In this document: piece after piece, positions 1-10,857 of the stretch
Numbering within the stretch: the first letter of the stretch is position 1
Layout: each line of letters begins with the position of its first letter
Origin: Minutocellus sp. GHC0000111
Taxonomy: Eukaryota
Length of the DNA stretch: 64,000 nucleotides
Direction of reading: 5' to 3'
Assembly (NCBI GenBank): GCA_977018835.1
Contig: OZ361257.1
Span: 4,216,001-4,280,000 of the forward strand
Made by a program: the position numbers and the translations under genes
The notes under the pieces: generated by a model
The model's database searches: none
Told to the model about the DNA's origin: nothing
What the model saw: only the letters and a program-made list of their open reading frames with translations

Positions 1-674
1 CTGGGCGGAACCAGTCCCTTGGACTTGGCATACTCGTGAGCGGCCTGGAACCGGTCAAAGTTCCAGTTGCTCACGCCCCAGCGCTTGATCTTGCCGCTGT
101 TGACGGCCTCGTTGATCCATTCGAAAAAGTCGGCGACGGGGATGCGAGGATCGTCGCGATGGAACATGTACAGATCGACAAAGTCGGTGTGCAACGCGGT
201 CAAACTCTCGTCGATCTCATCGTGCAGACTGGACCGCGTCAGAAGAGGACGGTTAGGATCACCGAAGGCATCATCGCCGATGCCACCCTTGGTAATGATG
301 TCGAGATCGTCACGGGCAATGTCGGGACGGGTGTCGAGCCACTGGCCAAAGATGCGCTCGGACTCGCCGGCGCCGTACGTGTGGGCCAGGTCGAACCGAC
401 GGAAGCCCTTGTCGAACGCCGCGTCGAGGAGGTGGATGGGATCGTCGGCCTTGGACAGGGCGGCCGTGCCGAAGACGATGCGATGGATGGCGTGGGCGTT
501 CTGGCGCTGCTCGACGGAAAAGGCGGAGGCGGGATCGACGAGGAAGGTGGCCGCGAGGCACAGGATGGACGTGGCCGTAAATATGCCGCAGCGGGAGGCT
601 CTGCCGCAACATCGGAATCGACGGTCGGCGCCATCGACGCCGACTGCGTGGGTAAATCGATCGGAGGAAGACAT
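1..674 (-). CDS. Aldo-keto reductase, probably plastid-targeted; 3' end runs off the window
   Basis: Manual translation from ATG 674: MSSSDRF..ILCLAATFLVDPASAFSV (signal + ASAF), RIVFGT, FDLAHTYGAGESERIFG, IITKGG, SLTALHTDFVDLYMFHRDD, GKIKRWGVSNW, giving the AKR D/Y/K/H tetrad. Absent from the ORF track because it has no stop inside the window. Confidence 0.9.
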   Translation of the reverse strand, partial: MSSSDRFTHAVGVDGADRRFRCCGRASRCGIFTATSILCLAATFLVDPASAFSVEQRQNAHAIHRIVFGTAALSKADDPIHLLDAAFDKGFRRFDLAHTYGAGESERIFGQWLDTRPDIARDDLDIITKGGIGDDAFGDPNRPLLTRSSLHDEIDESLTALHTDFVDLYMFHRDDPRIPVADFFEWINEAVNSGKIKRWGVSNWNFDRFQAAHEYAKSKGLVPP

Positions 675-1491
675 ATTTGAAATACTTATTGATGAATGTT
701 GAAGATATCTGATGGATGGGTTGTGCTTGTGGCAGGTTGGTTGTTGGAAAGATTCTGATGGAAAGAGAAGTTGAGTAGAGCAATGACAAAGCACGAGTTA
801 GCAAGCAGAATTCTGCATTGGGGCGCTTTTCAAACTTTTGATTCAAACTAAATAAGGTGTGATGGATCGAACGATTTTGGAGGAACGCAAATCTGTGCAG
901 CAATTGTAGCCGAGGGCTTTGGATGTGCCAAGTATGCAAGATACCAGGTAGTTGCGGAGCTAACAGATGATATTTCGCAAGAACATGCCTTGATTCGAGT
1001 AGATTCTCGTCCTCCAGAAGACAGCAATGACCCATCAGCACGCCAGAGACAGTAGTTGCGAGCACAAACGCAACAAGAGTGATGGGCCGACGTCGACGAA
1101 TGCAACACTTATTGTGCCCGAATCCTTTTGATGTGCCAGATACTGTGCGGCAATCAAAGATACTCGAGACGAGTAGCCACTTGCTCAGCCTTTCACTCAC
1201 CTTTTGCTCAAATGATGTTTCGTTTGAATTATGAAATTGTCTCTGATGGAAAGCCACTTGCACGGATGCCGATGACGAGCACCAACGCGAAGCACGCGAA
1301 AGCAAGGCGGATGAGCAAGATTCGCACGCAGAACACAGCAGAACTTTCGAAAAATTCTGTCGGACCGAAGTTCCGAGGAAGTTGGGTCGGACCCGTTCGA
1401 CTGATGGAAACGAGGATGGCAGGCCACTAAAACTATTGATTTTGTGTAGAGTATAAATCGCATTTGGGCGAGGTTGGCTTGAAAGAAAAGT

Positions 1492-1555
1492 TCGTCGTTT
1501 GTGGTTATGGATAAAGGAAATTCTGGTTGGAAAGGGGAGAATCGCAAGAGGAAGG
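1492..1555 (+). repeat. 64-bp non-coding element with an inverted copy at 8655-8718
   Basis: Ungapped hand alignment to the reverse complement of 8655-8718 gives 53/64 identities; core AAAGGGGAGAATCGCAA. Confidence 0.8.
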
Positions 1556-1793
1556 TAAAAGGGAAAAAGATTGGAGCCACCCACGGAGAGCCTCTCCGTG
1601 GACCACCGCCTCAGCCACTCAGCAACCTTGGCTCAACGGCTCAACAGCAACTCCAACAGGCGAGATGCTGCACTTTCGTCATTCCCGTGCTGCGTTCGGC
1701 ACTCCTTCGCAAGAGACATTTCTTCACTAGTGACAGTCCGACTCGAACTTCGCGAGGTTTCGTTTCCGAGCGTCGCGTCGGGTCCAGTGCGGC

Positions 1794-1963
1794 ATGAGGC
1801 GACCGAACCGGCCGGCAAGGCCACCTCCGCACCTGCTGCCACCCGCAGCCAGAAACCCTGTCTAAGTGTTGACATGATTGCCAAAGTTGCCTCTTTTGCC
1901 AATCACAGAAACACCTTGATGAACGTTTGTGCGGCCGTCGGGCGCAAGGACTGCGCCAGTTAG
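1794..1963 (+). pseudogene. Truncated 5' fragment of an unknown gene with an F-box-like N-terminal helix
   Basis: MRR/EATEP..KPCLSVDMIAKVASFANHRNTLMNVCAAVGRKDCA ends abruptly where the inverted AP2-paralogue fragment ends. The family call is an impression only. Confidence 0.35.
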
Positions 1964-2300
1964 TAGGTCGACAAAGCCAGTGCCTTTTCGCTTTGCTGGC
2001 TTTGACAGTTCACAAACCTCTGGATGAGCGCGTTTCTTTCCCGCTATTGATGATCTGCCGTTCATGCTGGCACTCGTTGTAGCGCATGCTTCTGCTTCAG
2101 CGTGAGGCGTTTTACCAGCACAAGAGTTTGCTTCATCACATTTTCTGTCGTCGCCCTCATCCGCACAAACTGCCAAGCCTACCTAGCACATTGCAAAATC
2201 CTCGGTGTCGAGAATTGCATGACCCTCGCCTACGTCATCAGCACTTGAATGCGCCATGATGATTTCCTTTGAACGTGCTGATTGCTGATCGGGTGGGTTC
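1962..2300 (-). pseudogene. Truncated paralogue of the N-terminus of the AP2-domain gene at 13320
   Basis: MAHSSADDVGEGHAILDTEDFAM..CADEGDDRKCDEANSCAGKTPHAE..KRKGTGFVDLL aligns with PCTDNVDEGCASLDAEDYAL..TDQGDDRQSDAANACTRKTPHAE..KRRGTGFIDLT. The upstream AACCCACC.GATCAGCA is also shared. It is frameshifted and cut off before the AP2 domains. Confidence 0.85.
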
Positions 2301-2410
2301 TGGTGCCAGGTGCTGGCCTTGCCGATCTCATTTGCGTTGTTGTGTGTGTGTGCGTGGGCCATGGGTGGTGCGGTGGTGCGGTGCTGTTGCATGTTGGTCC
2401 CGCGCCGCCC

Positions 2411-2606
2411 TGCTAAGAGGTCCTAAAGCTAAGCTAGATAGATATAGCTAGTAGAGGTTAATAGGACCTACGTAGATGAAAAATGGGCCATCGGAGATGT
2501 CGTTGGCCCATGGATCAACGGTCAGGAGAGGGCACTGAGTCAGTGGTCTGATCACCGTACGTACCGTACGTATGTATACGTACGTACGTATCCCACGGCA
2601 TCAACA
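2411..2606 (-). repeat. 3' LTR
   Basis: Direct repeat of 8434-8629 with 3 differences in 196 bp by eye (one C/A, plus CA vs TG near the + strand end). Confidence 0.97.
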
Positions 2607-2654
2607 CACCCTCGCAGATCAATGACTAGTGCCATTGAATCTACATGTAGAGTC

Positions 2655-5600
2655 CTAATTGGAATCTACATGTAAGTAGACTGGTCGCATGTCGACATGG
2701 TAGCGGGCGGGATGGTGCTTTGTAAAATAATCGGCCAAATTTTGCGCTCCTTTCCGCCAGCACACCTGGAGTTGTCGTTCGTTGCTCTGTGCGACATCTT
2801 GGACCCAGCAGAATCTCATGTCCACAGCCTTAGACCGTCTTTGCTTGACGGTTTTATTGGCGATTCCAGATGCTGTAGAGTTGTCAACGACGATAGCAGT
2901 AGGGGGCTGCGGGTGACCCATTTCTTCTAGTCTAGTGCTGCCCGGATTGGTGCTGCATCTTTCATTCATGTTGAAAAATGATCCTCCCAATTCGGCTTCA
3001 GCGGCTGAGGACATTACATGCTTGATGATGTTGGCATTGACGAGGATGGCTCCATTCATTGGTGGCATGGGATCACTTGAGTCAGGCTGGCGGTGCGGGT
3101 CCTTAGGTCGGGAGCTTAGGTAGAAGCACCCTCCGAGCTTGCTTCTTGATTTCGGGGCTGACAAGCAGGAGGCGTCGCTGTGTGCATGTGGGATCATGTC
3201 TGACTTGACGTGTCGAATGACTGCGTCGGGATGGGTTGCAAGGTAATCTAGAAGCTTCTTGGCATCTTGTCGAGTGCGCTCGGTAGCTTTGGATTGTTCT
3301 GCTGAGATGCTGTTGAGCGCCGCCGGCAAAGTTGTTGAATCAATTGCTCGACCATAGCACAAGGAGCTGCCCACCACCTGTTGAATTTCGTTGATGCCTT
3401 TGGCGTCGAGTGGTGGTGAGTCGTCTTCCGGTTCTGGCAGCTGGGGTCCCGGGCCATACGTCGGACGATTCCATCGACATGGCGCATGCTCGGGCCGTGA
3501 GGGGCGGTCGTGTTGGAACTTGTGGCGCATCTCCTTGACGTAGTTAGGCACAGACAGATCCACCCATTTGGCCTCGTAGTTCCACTCGAGTTGAATGCCA
3601 CAATAAAGTCGGCCTTCCCAATCGGTAGTGATCTTATGCTTGGAGTTGAGGGCCTGAATGAGATGGTCTGCATGCTCTTTCCCGACATGCTTTACTCCAA
3701 AATCGTCAACGGTTAGGCAAAAGGTAATTGGGCGGGTTTTGTGCCTCCAAAGGCCGGCAGCACGCTTGCAAGGGAAACAGCCATGGGGTTTGAGGTGCTT
3801 GACAAGTTGATCGCAGGCTAGGCGCCCTGCCTGGGGTAATCCATGCATTCCGCCATCGATTCTGACCAACACTCGACCATTCTTTACTTTGTCGTGGAGG
3901 TCGTAGGCTTCCATGACTTCGTCGGGGATGAGAGCTACTGGCGCCCACATCCATTCTGGCTCTGGCATGGTGCTATTGAGATAGAAGTCACTGATGTCAA
4001 TTCCCATGAAACGAGCGTTGTCTGTAGAGATGACGCTGTTGAAAAGTAACTTTGCAGTCAACATTTCAGCGGTCGGGGTCGAGACTGTACCAGGGTAATG
4101 AATTTTGTCGCCTCCTGCAGTCCATCGAACTCGATTGGGATTTGGTTTATGGGAGCGATAGTCGGCGACAATGCGGAGGCATGTGGCTTTTTTCCCCCGA
4201 GGCAGTTCGGACCAGTGGACGAAAGCCATTGTGTTGGAGGGAATGCTAGCACTGTTTCCAACTCGGCCGTCCGTTAGCTGTCCAATTTCATCGATGTTTG
4301 CTTGAATGAATTGGTCCCTCATGTTCGTTTTGAGGAGGTCGCGGTATTCAAGCATTGCACCAGTGTCGGGATGGACGACGGCGTTAGCAAAGTGTTGGAG
4401 GTTTGGTAAAGGCGAGAAAGCTGCCATGTTGGCCACGTGGTGGGTGCTACGACGAGATGATGGCCGTGGGGGAGGGTTCCGATGTGGAATGTGCCCTCGC
4501 TGACGGCATGATCGTCGTCGAGGTGGTTTGGCGGTCGATGGTTTGGACTTGCTTGTCGATTTTGCTGGAGCTGGTAATGTTGGAGTGGTATCGATCGTTG
4601 GAGACTTGCGTTTACGTTGCCGACGGGAGGTTGGGCCATTGGAACTTTGATTGGATGTTACGACGGTTGCATCGTCGTCATGATTATCATCATCGTCGCC
4701 GTTGGGCTCGTCTACTGCAGCCAAAGGATTGTAGCAGTTGGAAGAAACTGACGAGCGAGGTGGCGCGTTGGATCGACGTGATCGACGGCTTTTAGTGGTG
4801 GCTGCATCATATGTGGAGGATTTTGCCACCCTCGGAGGTTGCTGGGGCTGAGGTAACGGAGCGTTGGGGTTGGAGACAAGGTGACGGCCTACTTCAGTCT
4901 CGTTCATCTCTTCTACGTCGTCGTCCTCGTATTTGATTTTGTAGTGCTTGTACTTCTTGTCAAATGCAACGACTCTACCCTTGTAATTGCGATCTCCAAA
5001 CACTTTGGCGACGATGGCACCGAGGCGGAATCGTTGGGAGTCGTCATCGTTCTCCAGCACCCTCGGAGCTGCGGTTGTCTGCATCGTCTCATCAGAGGCG
5101 GAGGTGGCAGATTCTGCTGGGGTCACGCTGTTGAAAATCTCGGAGAGCTTTTCTAAAGCTTGACGATGCTCGTCTCGAAGGGGAGCAAGGGGTGCCGCTG
5201 GATGTGGATTCTGTAGAGCGTGCAGGAGTTCATGAGCTGCGACTATTGCTGCATCGGCCTTGACGTTTTGGGTGCCGGAATCATTTTGGGGAGCCAGACG
5301 AGTGTGTTACCAGTGCGTTCCGCCCGAGTTTCCTCAATCCAAACCTTGTAACACCGGTAGTGTTCCATGGCTGGACCGACATAGTACCCATCAACGCCAT
5401 GCGGGGACCAAGAGCCGCGTGCCGAGGGCATCTCGTGAAAGATGACCTTGCATCCGAGGGGGACGAGAGGCGTGCGATTGAAATCAAAGCCGCCATTGAG
5501 TTGCTCGTACGCTGATAGTCGAGGGTTGACTCGGGATGCTCTCAGGAAATTGAGGGTCATTACCGCCTGCTCCAGCAATTTATCCCACAAGATGAGGGGA

Positions 5601-6853
5601 AAGTCGGGATCGGCACCACAGAGAATCGCAATGAAATGATTCTTAAAGGTTCGAATGGCTCGTTCGGCCGCATTTCGGCGGTGGGAGTGCGTTGGGGTCA
5701 ATTGAAAATCTACATCCTTTTCTTCCATGAACTCCTTCAGCTCTCGACTCACTTCATTATCCAATCGTTGCAATTTTGGGCGAAATCCTCGCTTGGAGAG
5801 GTATTCGAAAATAGTTTGGTGCGCTCGGCGCATTTCCGTTCCCGATCGGCTTTTCATTGGTTCGGCCAAGATGCTGTTGGAGTCATAGTCATAGACGACC
5901 ATTGTGCACTGGTGGCCAGAAATAGACGATACCAAGAAACGGCCGGGCTGATCTGAGAAGATCTGGCCCGTTATGTCATGACAATCAGCAAAGACATAGT
6001 TGGTGAACTGTTGGTGTTGTGCCGGGTGGAGATCCTGCTCGGTTTCGTCCACCCCAGGGAGAGATTTTGGCGTAGCCATCGACCGTTTGGGCTTGGTCGA
6101 CCTGATGTTCTTGCGCTGCTGGTCTAAGTGACCTTTAATCATCGGCATCGACTGTAGCATGTGCTTACGTACAAGCTTTGATGTGAGGCCTGGCCAAGAT
6201 CTATAAAATCCCGCATCGATTGCTTTGCACCAGGTAGATAGCTGAGGACTGCCAGCGCACCAATGTAAAAAGGCTACACGTTCCGGAACCGTCTCCTGGG
6301 CAATTGCGGCGTTGGCAGCACATTGGATGACGTTGGGGCCGGGGAGCGGCGACATGGTGGGCGAGCAATTCAGATCTACCATCCACAATTTCGTTGAGGG
6401 GTCTCGTTTACCTTGCAAAATGACGGCATTGTCCTTGGCGATGACTACCGAATCCTTATCGAAAGTGGCAATGCATCCATCGTCACACAGCTGCCCAATC
6501 GATAGGAGCGATGGTGCCATATTATTGAAAATATAGGCCTTGCTAGCCGATGGGGAAACCCCAGGGAGGCGAAGCGTGGCCTCGTGGGTGTTCGTCATTG
6601 TGCTATTATCCGGAAGGGTGACGCTGATAGGAATTGCTGTCTGTTGGACGTTGAAAATAGGGCCATCGCACGACAGGCATTGGGGCTTCTGGACAAAATG
6701 TCCCGTCGTTCCAGTATCTGCTGCGAGGACGATTGGCTCTTGAGTTGGAGGTTTGCTTTTTGACGTAAGAAAAGCTAACGAAGGCGGGGAGGAGGTGGAT
6801 TCAGACATGCTATCCTCTATTTTATACTGATTAATATCCACCGTCCCTCCCGC
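2655..6853 (-). pseudogene. pol: Copia pol polyprotein (protease, integrase, Tudor-like, RT, RNase H), frameshifted near 5260
   Basis: PR: AADTGTTGHF. IN: FSDQPGRF / RLDNE / RNAAERAIRTFKNHF. RT: GIDISDFYL / GMHGLPQAG / LTVDDFG. RH: HSDAS / SAAEAEL / VDNS / NLADYFTK. Confidence 0.93.
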
Positions 6854-8141
6854 TCAGTTACGACGCGAGCTACCACCGCAAGGATTGCACTTGGTGGCGT
6901 TATCAACGTGGTTGGGCCCTTTGCAAGTGCATTCGAAGCTGGGGTGGTTGGACGAATAGCCGCACGTGTGGCGATAATGGCCTCTGGGGAGGATCGACTG
7001 CAGTTCCCGCTTCTCCTGGCGGTTGAGGTTAGGACCTTGGCCTGGGAAGTGGCCGGCGCCGTTCTGCTGGCCACCGCCGCGGTAGCCTCCACTGCCACCA
7101 GTATGGTTGCGTCCCTCACGCAGAACGCGGTTCTCGGCCTTGAGTGAAGCTATTTCTTGGCGAAGTTTGGCAATGGTATCATCCTTCTCGTTGCTCTCTT
7201 TTTGGCGAGGTTCGCCATCATGGCTTGGTTGGTCTTGAGGGCTTCGGTGGCATCAGCCAAAAGGAGATCGGCTCGAGAAAGAAATGGATCGTCCGAGGCC
7301 GATGAGGCCAAATTCGCGCCATGATGTCCTGCCGCTTCGGTGGTGGTATTGGCCATCTCTTCTTATCACACCAATCGCGGAAGTCCGACTGCATGTTGGC
7401 CCACGTGCGTTCGGCCTCCGGTCTGTCGTCCCAGTCCTCGCATGCCTTCTTTGCCAATGAGAACCTGCGCACGGAGCGGTAGAACTTGGAGACCTTTTGC
7501 TTGTTGGTGAAGGGTTCGCCGGCCGTTTCAAACGCCTTGAAGACTTTGTTGAACATGGCGATGTGGGTGTCGATGGGTCCCCCGTCGTGCTCCTTCTCGA
7601 GCTGCTTCTCTAATTCCTCCTTCTGAGTCTCGTTGAATTTCAAGCAGCGATCGGTAATGCTGTCGATGATTTGGCGGATGGTGACTGGCTGGAAACCGAG
7701 CATGTCATCTTCGAGATGATTGATGTAGACGGCGTCGATCGAGTCGAGGAGGAGATTCTTGAGCGCCGTGTTGACTTGCTCGTACAAGTTGTAGTGGCCC
7801 TTTTCGATGTGACATCCCCGGATTGCACGATCGCGTTGGTCTAGATTGGCCACGGCGGGAATGGTGGGGCTGGGGCCAGGATTTGCCGGAGGCACATGTG
7901 GTCGGCCGTTACTTTTGGTGGTGCATTCGGCATCGCTGACGACGAGGCCCGAATGGCCGAGGTCATGGTCATTGCACCCTGCTGGAATGCTGGCCGCCGC
8001 TTGTTGAAGTTCATTGAGCGCTTTGGCAACACGCTCGCGTTGGGGAGGTTGTCCTGGGTGGTCATTCATACGTGTGATTAACTTGGTGGGGAGAATCGGC
8101 GCTGCGCCGAGAGGTTGGCCAAAAACTGCGTCGGGACTCAT
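6854..8141 (-). pseudogene. gag: Copia gag, frameshifted near 7355 and 7150
   Basis: ORF 7218-8141 (GHSGLV..P.NPG..P, ALKNLLLDSID..YI, W..M..DF) continues in other frames to a Cys/His motif HYRHTCGY..NHPSFEC..HVDNAT..NPCGGSSRRN*. Confidence 0.85.
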
Positions 8142-8433
8142 GCTGGTGTTTCAGTCAGCGAAGACAGGCAGCACGGCGGTGTTGCTGCGAGACGTGTGAT
8201 CGACAGAAGGTTCGATCCAGAGAAGTGTGATCGATTGGATGGGTCGATCTGGTCAGGACTTTCGGGGAAGGGATTGGATCGTCGTTCCAATATTGTCGAA
8301 AGAAACGGTCGTTTTGGCCGATTGAAGATGTGTCGGTTTTTCTTGCGTGACGAGTGAGAACCCAAGACACAAACCGGTGAGGTGCGAACCGAAATGGGGC
8401 GAGCACGGGTGGAAAAGATGTATCACGTAGGTC

Positions 8434-8629
8434 TGCTAAGAGGTCCTAAAGCTAAGCTAGATAGATATAGCTAGTAGAGGTTAATAGGACCTACGTAGAT
8501 GAAAAATGGGCCATCGGAGATGTCGTTGGCCAATGGATCAACGGTCAGGAGAGGGCACTGAGTCAGTGGTCTGATCACCGTACGTACCGTACGTATGTAT
8601 ACGTACGTACGTATCCCACGGTGTCAACA
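8434..8629 (-). repeat. 5' LTR
   Basis: Direct repeat of 2411-2606 with TG..CA ends, followed by the TSD CGCCC. Confidence 0.97.
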
Positions 8630-9219
8630 CGCCCCAGCCGGTCAACCCCCCTTTCCTTCCTGTTGCGATTCTCCCCTTTTCAGCTATAATTTCCTTTCTA
8701 CGTAGTCACAATCGACGACCGCACGTCGCCTGTAGGCAGGCCTACTCGAGGTCAGATTCGCGAAATCGAGCGCCCGGTTTTTGACTGCTGCTTTCGAGGG
8801 GCGATTGAAAAGCGCCTCGAAGAACAGTCATGCTGAAATATTTAAGAAAATGGCTATTTTTACTCTAATTTTGATTTGTCTTCATGTGAAACAACAATTC
8901 GGACAAGACTTTAGATTTCAGCGGCTCTAATCAAATGGACGCGTTCGTCGCACTTGGACCGGCACACCACAGCACCATCTGCCAGCCGGATGACTCGCAT
9001 GCTTTTGGTCGCACTTTCGGTGGCCGGCCGGCGCGCGAAGCAACCGACCGGCGCGCCCAACGCGAGCCACCATGGCGGCGGCAAAAATTCAAATTGCCGC
9101 CGCTACGTGCAGAACGAAGGCGACGTCTCGCGCTGGTGTGGGAGAGTTACGGCACGAGACCAACCAGGTGCTCCCGACATCCTGGTGACATTCCCGTTGG
9201 TCTCGATCCACAACTCTCC

Positions 9220-10857
9220 ATGAGCAAAAAAAACAACGGCCGCAATCCCGCGGTCAACACCGCAGACAGAGTTGCGGTGCAGGACGCCCTGGCTGAACTG
9301 CTCGTCCGTCTTCGCAGAAAGGAACTTCATTGCTGCAATTTCATCGGCAACAACAACGACTCCTTGATGAATGTGTTGGGATGCAGTCCCATCATGTGCG
9401 GCGCCGTCATGTGCACTGCGGGCATCTTGGGTTTGAAGAAGAAGAAGAAACACGAAGACTGCGACATGTGTTTTTTGTGAGGACAGACAACCAGAATGGA
9501 TGGGATGAAATGGCATCAAGACACTGCCTTGCCGACGACGTTCAGCGAACCCCATGAAAAAAGAGCACATTTGTTCGCCTCGGTTCTATCAATCCTCGTG
9601 CAGCCGACGCTCTCCATGATGATGGATGGATGGCTTTCGACATGGTCACGGTCGAGCAACAATTTCGCCTCGAAATGCCGCTGCCGCGGCTCAATTTGAC
9701 GAAGGCATGTGGTGCATTCCTCAAGTCGGTCGCACCACATGTGTCGGTGGGATGTGCGGCGATGGACTACGAAATCAACAGGCAGATGTTGCTCGAGGCC
9801 CAGAAGTTCCCTGGTGGGTGTGCACAATGGCCAGGATGATGGGTGGGACAATGACGACGATGTTGGGACGGTGGGCACCCTGACCACGACGGAGGCCGGC
9901 GAGATCAGTGAGGACGATGACGACGAAGACGAGGACCATGTGCCCTGTTATGAGGACGAAGCTGATGTTGCAAGAGAGGACGCTACACATGAAGCATGCA
10001 TGCAGCAGTGCTTTGAGAAGAATCGTCAGAAGCACGGTGATGGCGAGCCAGAGATGGGAGCTGTCGATGATGCCGAGGATGACGATGCCCCTCACTTCCA
10101 TTTCCTGAAAAAGGCCGGCATTGAGGCGGCCGACTCAGGCAAAATAAGGGCAGTGCTGGCAGAATGCTGGAGAGCTTTATCTGTCAATGTTTCTGATGGC
10201 AACAACAAGAAGAAACCAAGGACAATAGAGTTCATCCACCACAACACCTCCACCAAAGGAACTCTCCTAGAGCACAATCGCGAGGAAGATGGCATGACGG
10301 ATGACGACATCAAAGAGCTCTGCAAAGCTTGCTCTAATTTGCTCCACACTCTTGACGCAACACATTCCAGGTTTCTGAAATGGCACATGAAATGGGATGA
10401 TGAGGCAAAGAAGGCTGTGAGAGAGCTTGAAGCACTGATTGCAAGTGCCCTCAAGCAAGCACGGGCAATCGGTGTTAGCACAACGCCCAAGTGGCACTTA
10501 CTCGAAGATCACATCTTGGACCAACACATTTGGCTAGTGAAGAATGGATGGGGCGGCATCTATTGGCTCGACGAATCGTTTGTAGAGCGAGCCCACCAAG
10601 AGGGCGTTAAGGAAGATCGTCGGACTCAGGGCGTCAAGGGATATGAGGCCCAACAGACGGCGCAGTTCAAGGCTGAGGAGAGGGCATCCAATCCAAAGGT
10701 CGAGGAGAGGCGGGAGCGAAACTCTCGGGTGGCAAGAACAAGGAAAAGGACAAGGACCGAAGCTGTTAAAGCAGAAACTGATGACAAGCGCCAACAAATG
10801 ATCATGATGGCCACCGATGGAGATGAGGATGTAGAGATGGGAGCAGGGCATGTGTAA
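9220..10857 (+). mobile_element. Degenerate, internally deleted DNA-transposase remnant with a Chapaev/Transib/RAG1-like C-terminus
   Basis: TTPKWHLLEDHILDQ..GGIYWLDESFVERAHQ resembles the PKxHxLxxH..GxxxExxxExxH C-terminal motif of these DDE enzymes. Upstream frames are broken and TpA is strongly depleted. Confidence 0.6.

Larger units (their letters stand above)
2411..8629 (-). mobile_element. Full-length Ty1/copia LTR retrotransposon (diatom CoDi-like), mutationally inactivated
   Basis: Two 196-bp TG..CA LTRs, 5-bp TSD CGCCC (2406-2410 and 8630-8634), domain order gag-PR-IN-RT-RH, and purine-rich GCGAGGGTG just before the 3' LTR. Confidence 0.97.

Noticed and set aside
36..702. Plus-strand ORFs of 214 and 211 aa
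   Set aside because: Antisense shadows of the aldo-keto reductase on the minus strand.
310..1584. 424-aa minus-strand ORF
   Set aside because: Non-ATG start, not protein-like, and out of frame with the AKR. The region may be a TE remnant, but no termini could be supported.
2556..2590. TACG-rich palindromic run, and the repeat-spacer-repeat at 37675-37803, as CRISPR-like arrays
   Set aside because: The first is LTR-internal low complexity and the second has only two units. There are no cas genes and the context is eukaryotic.
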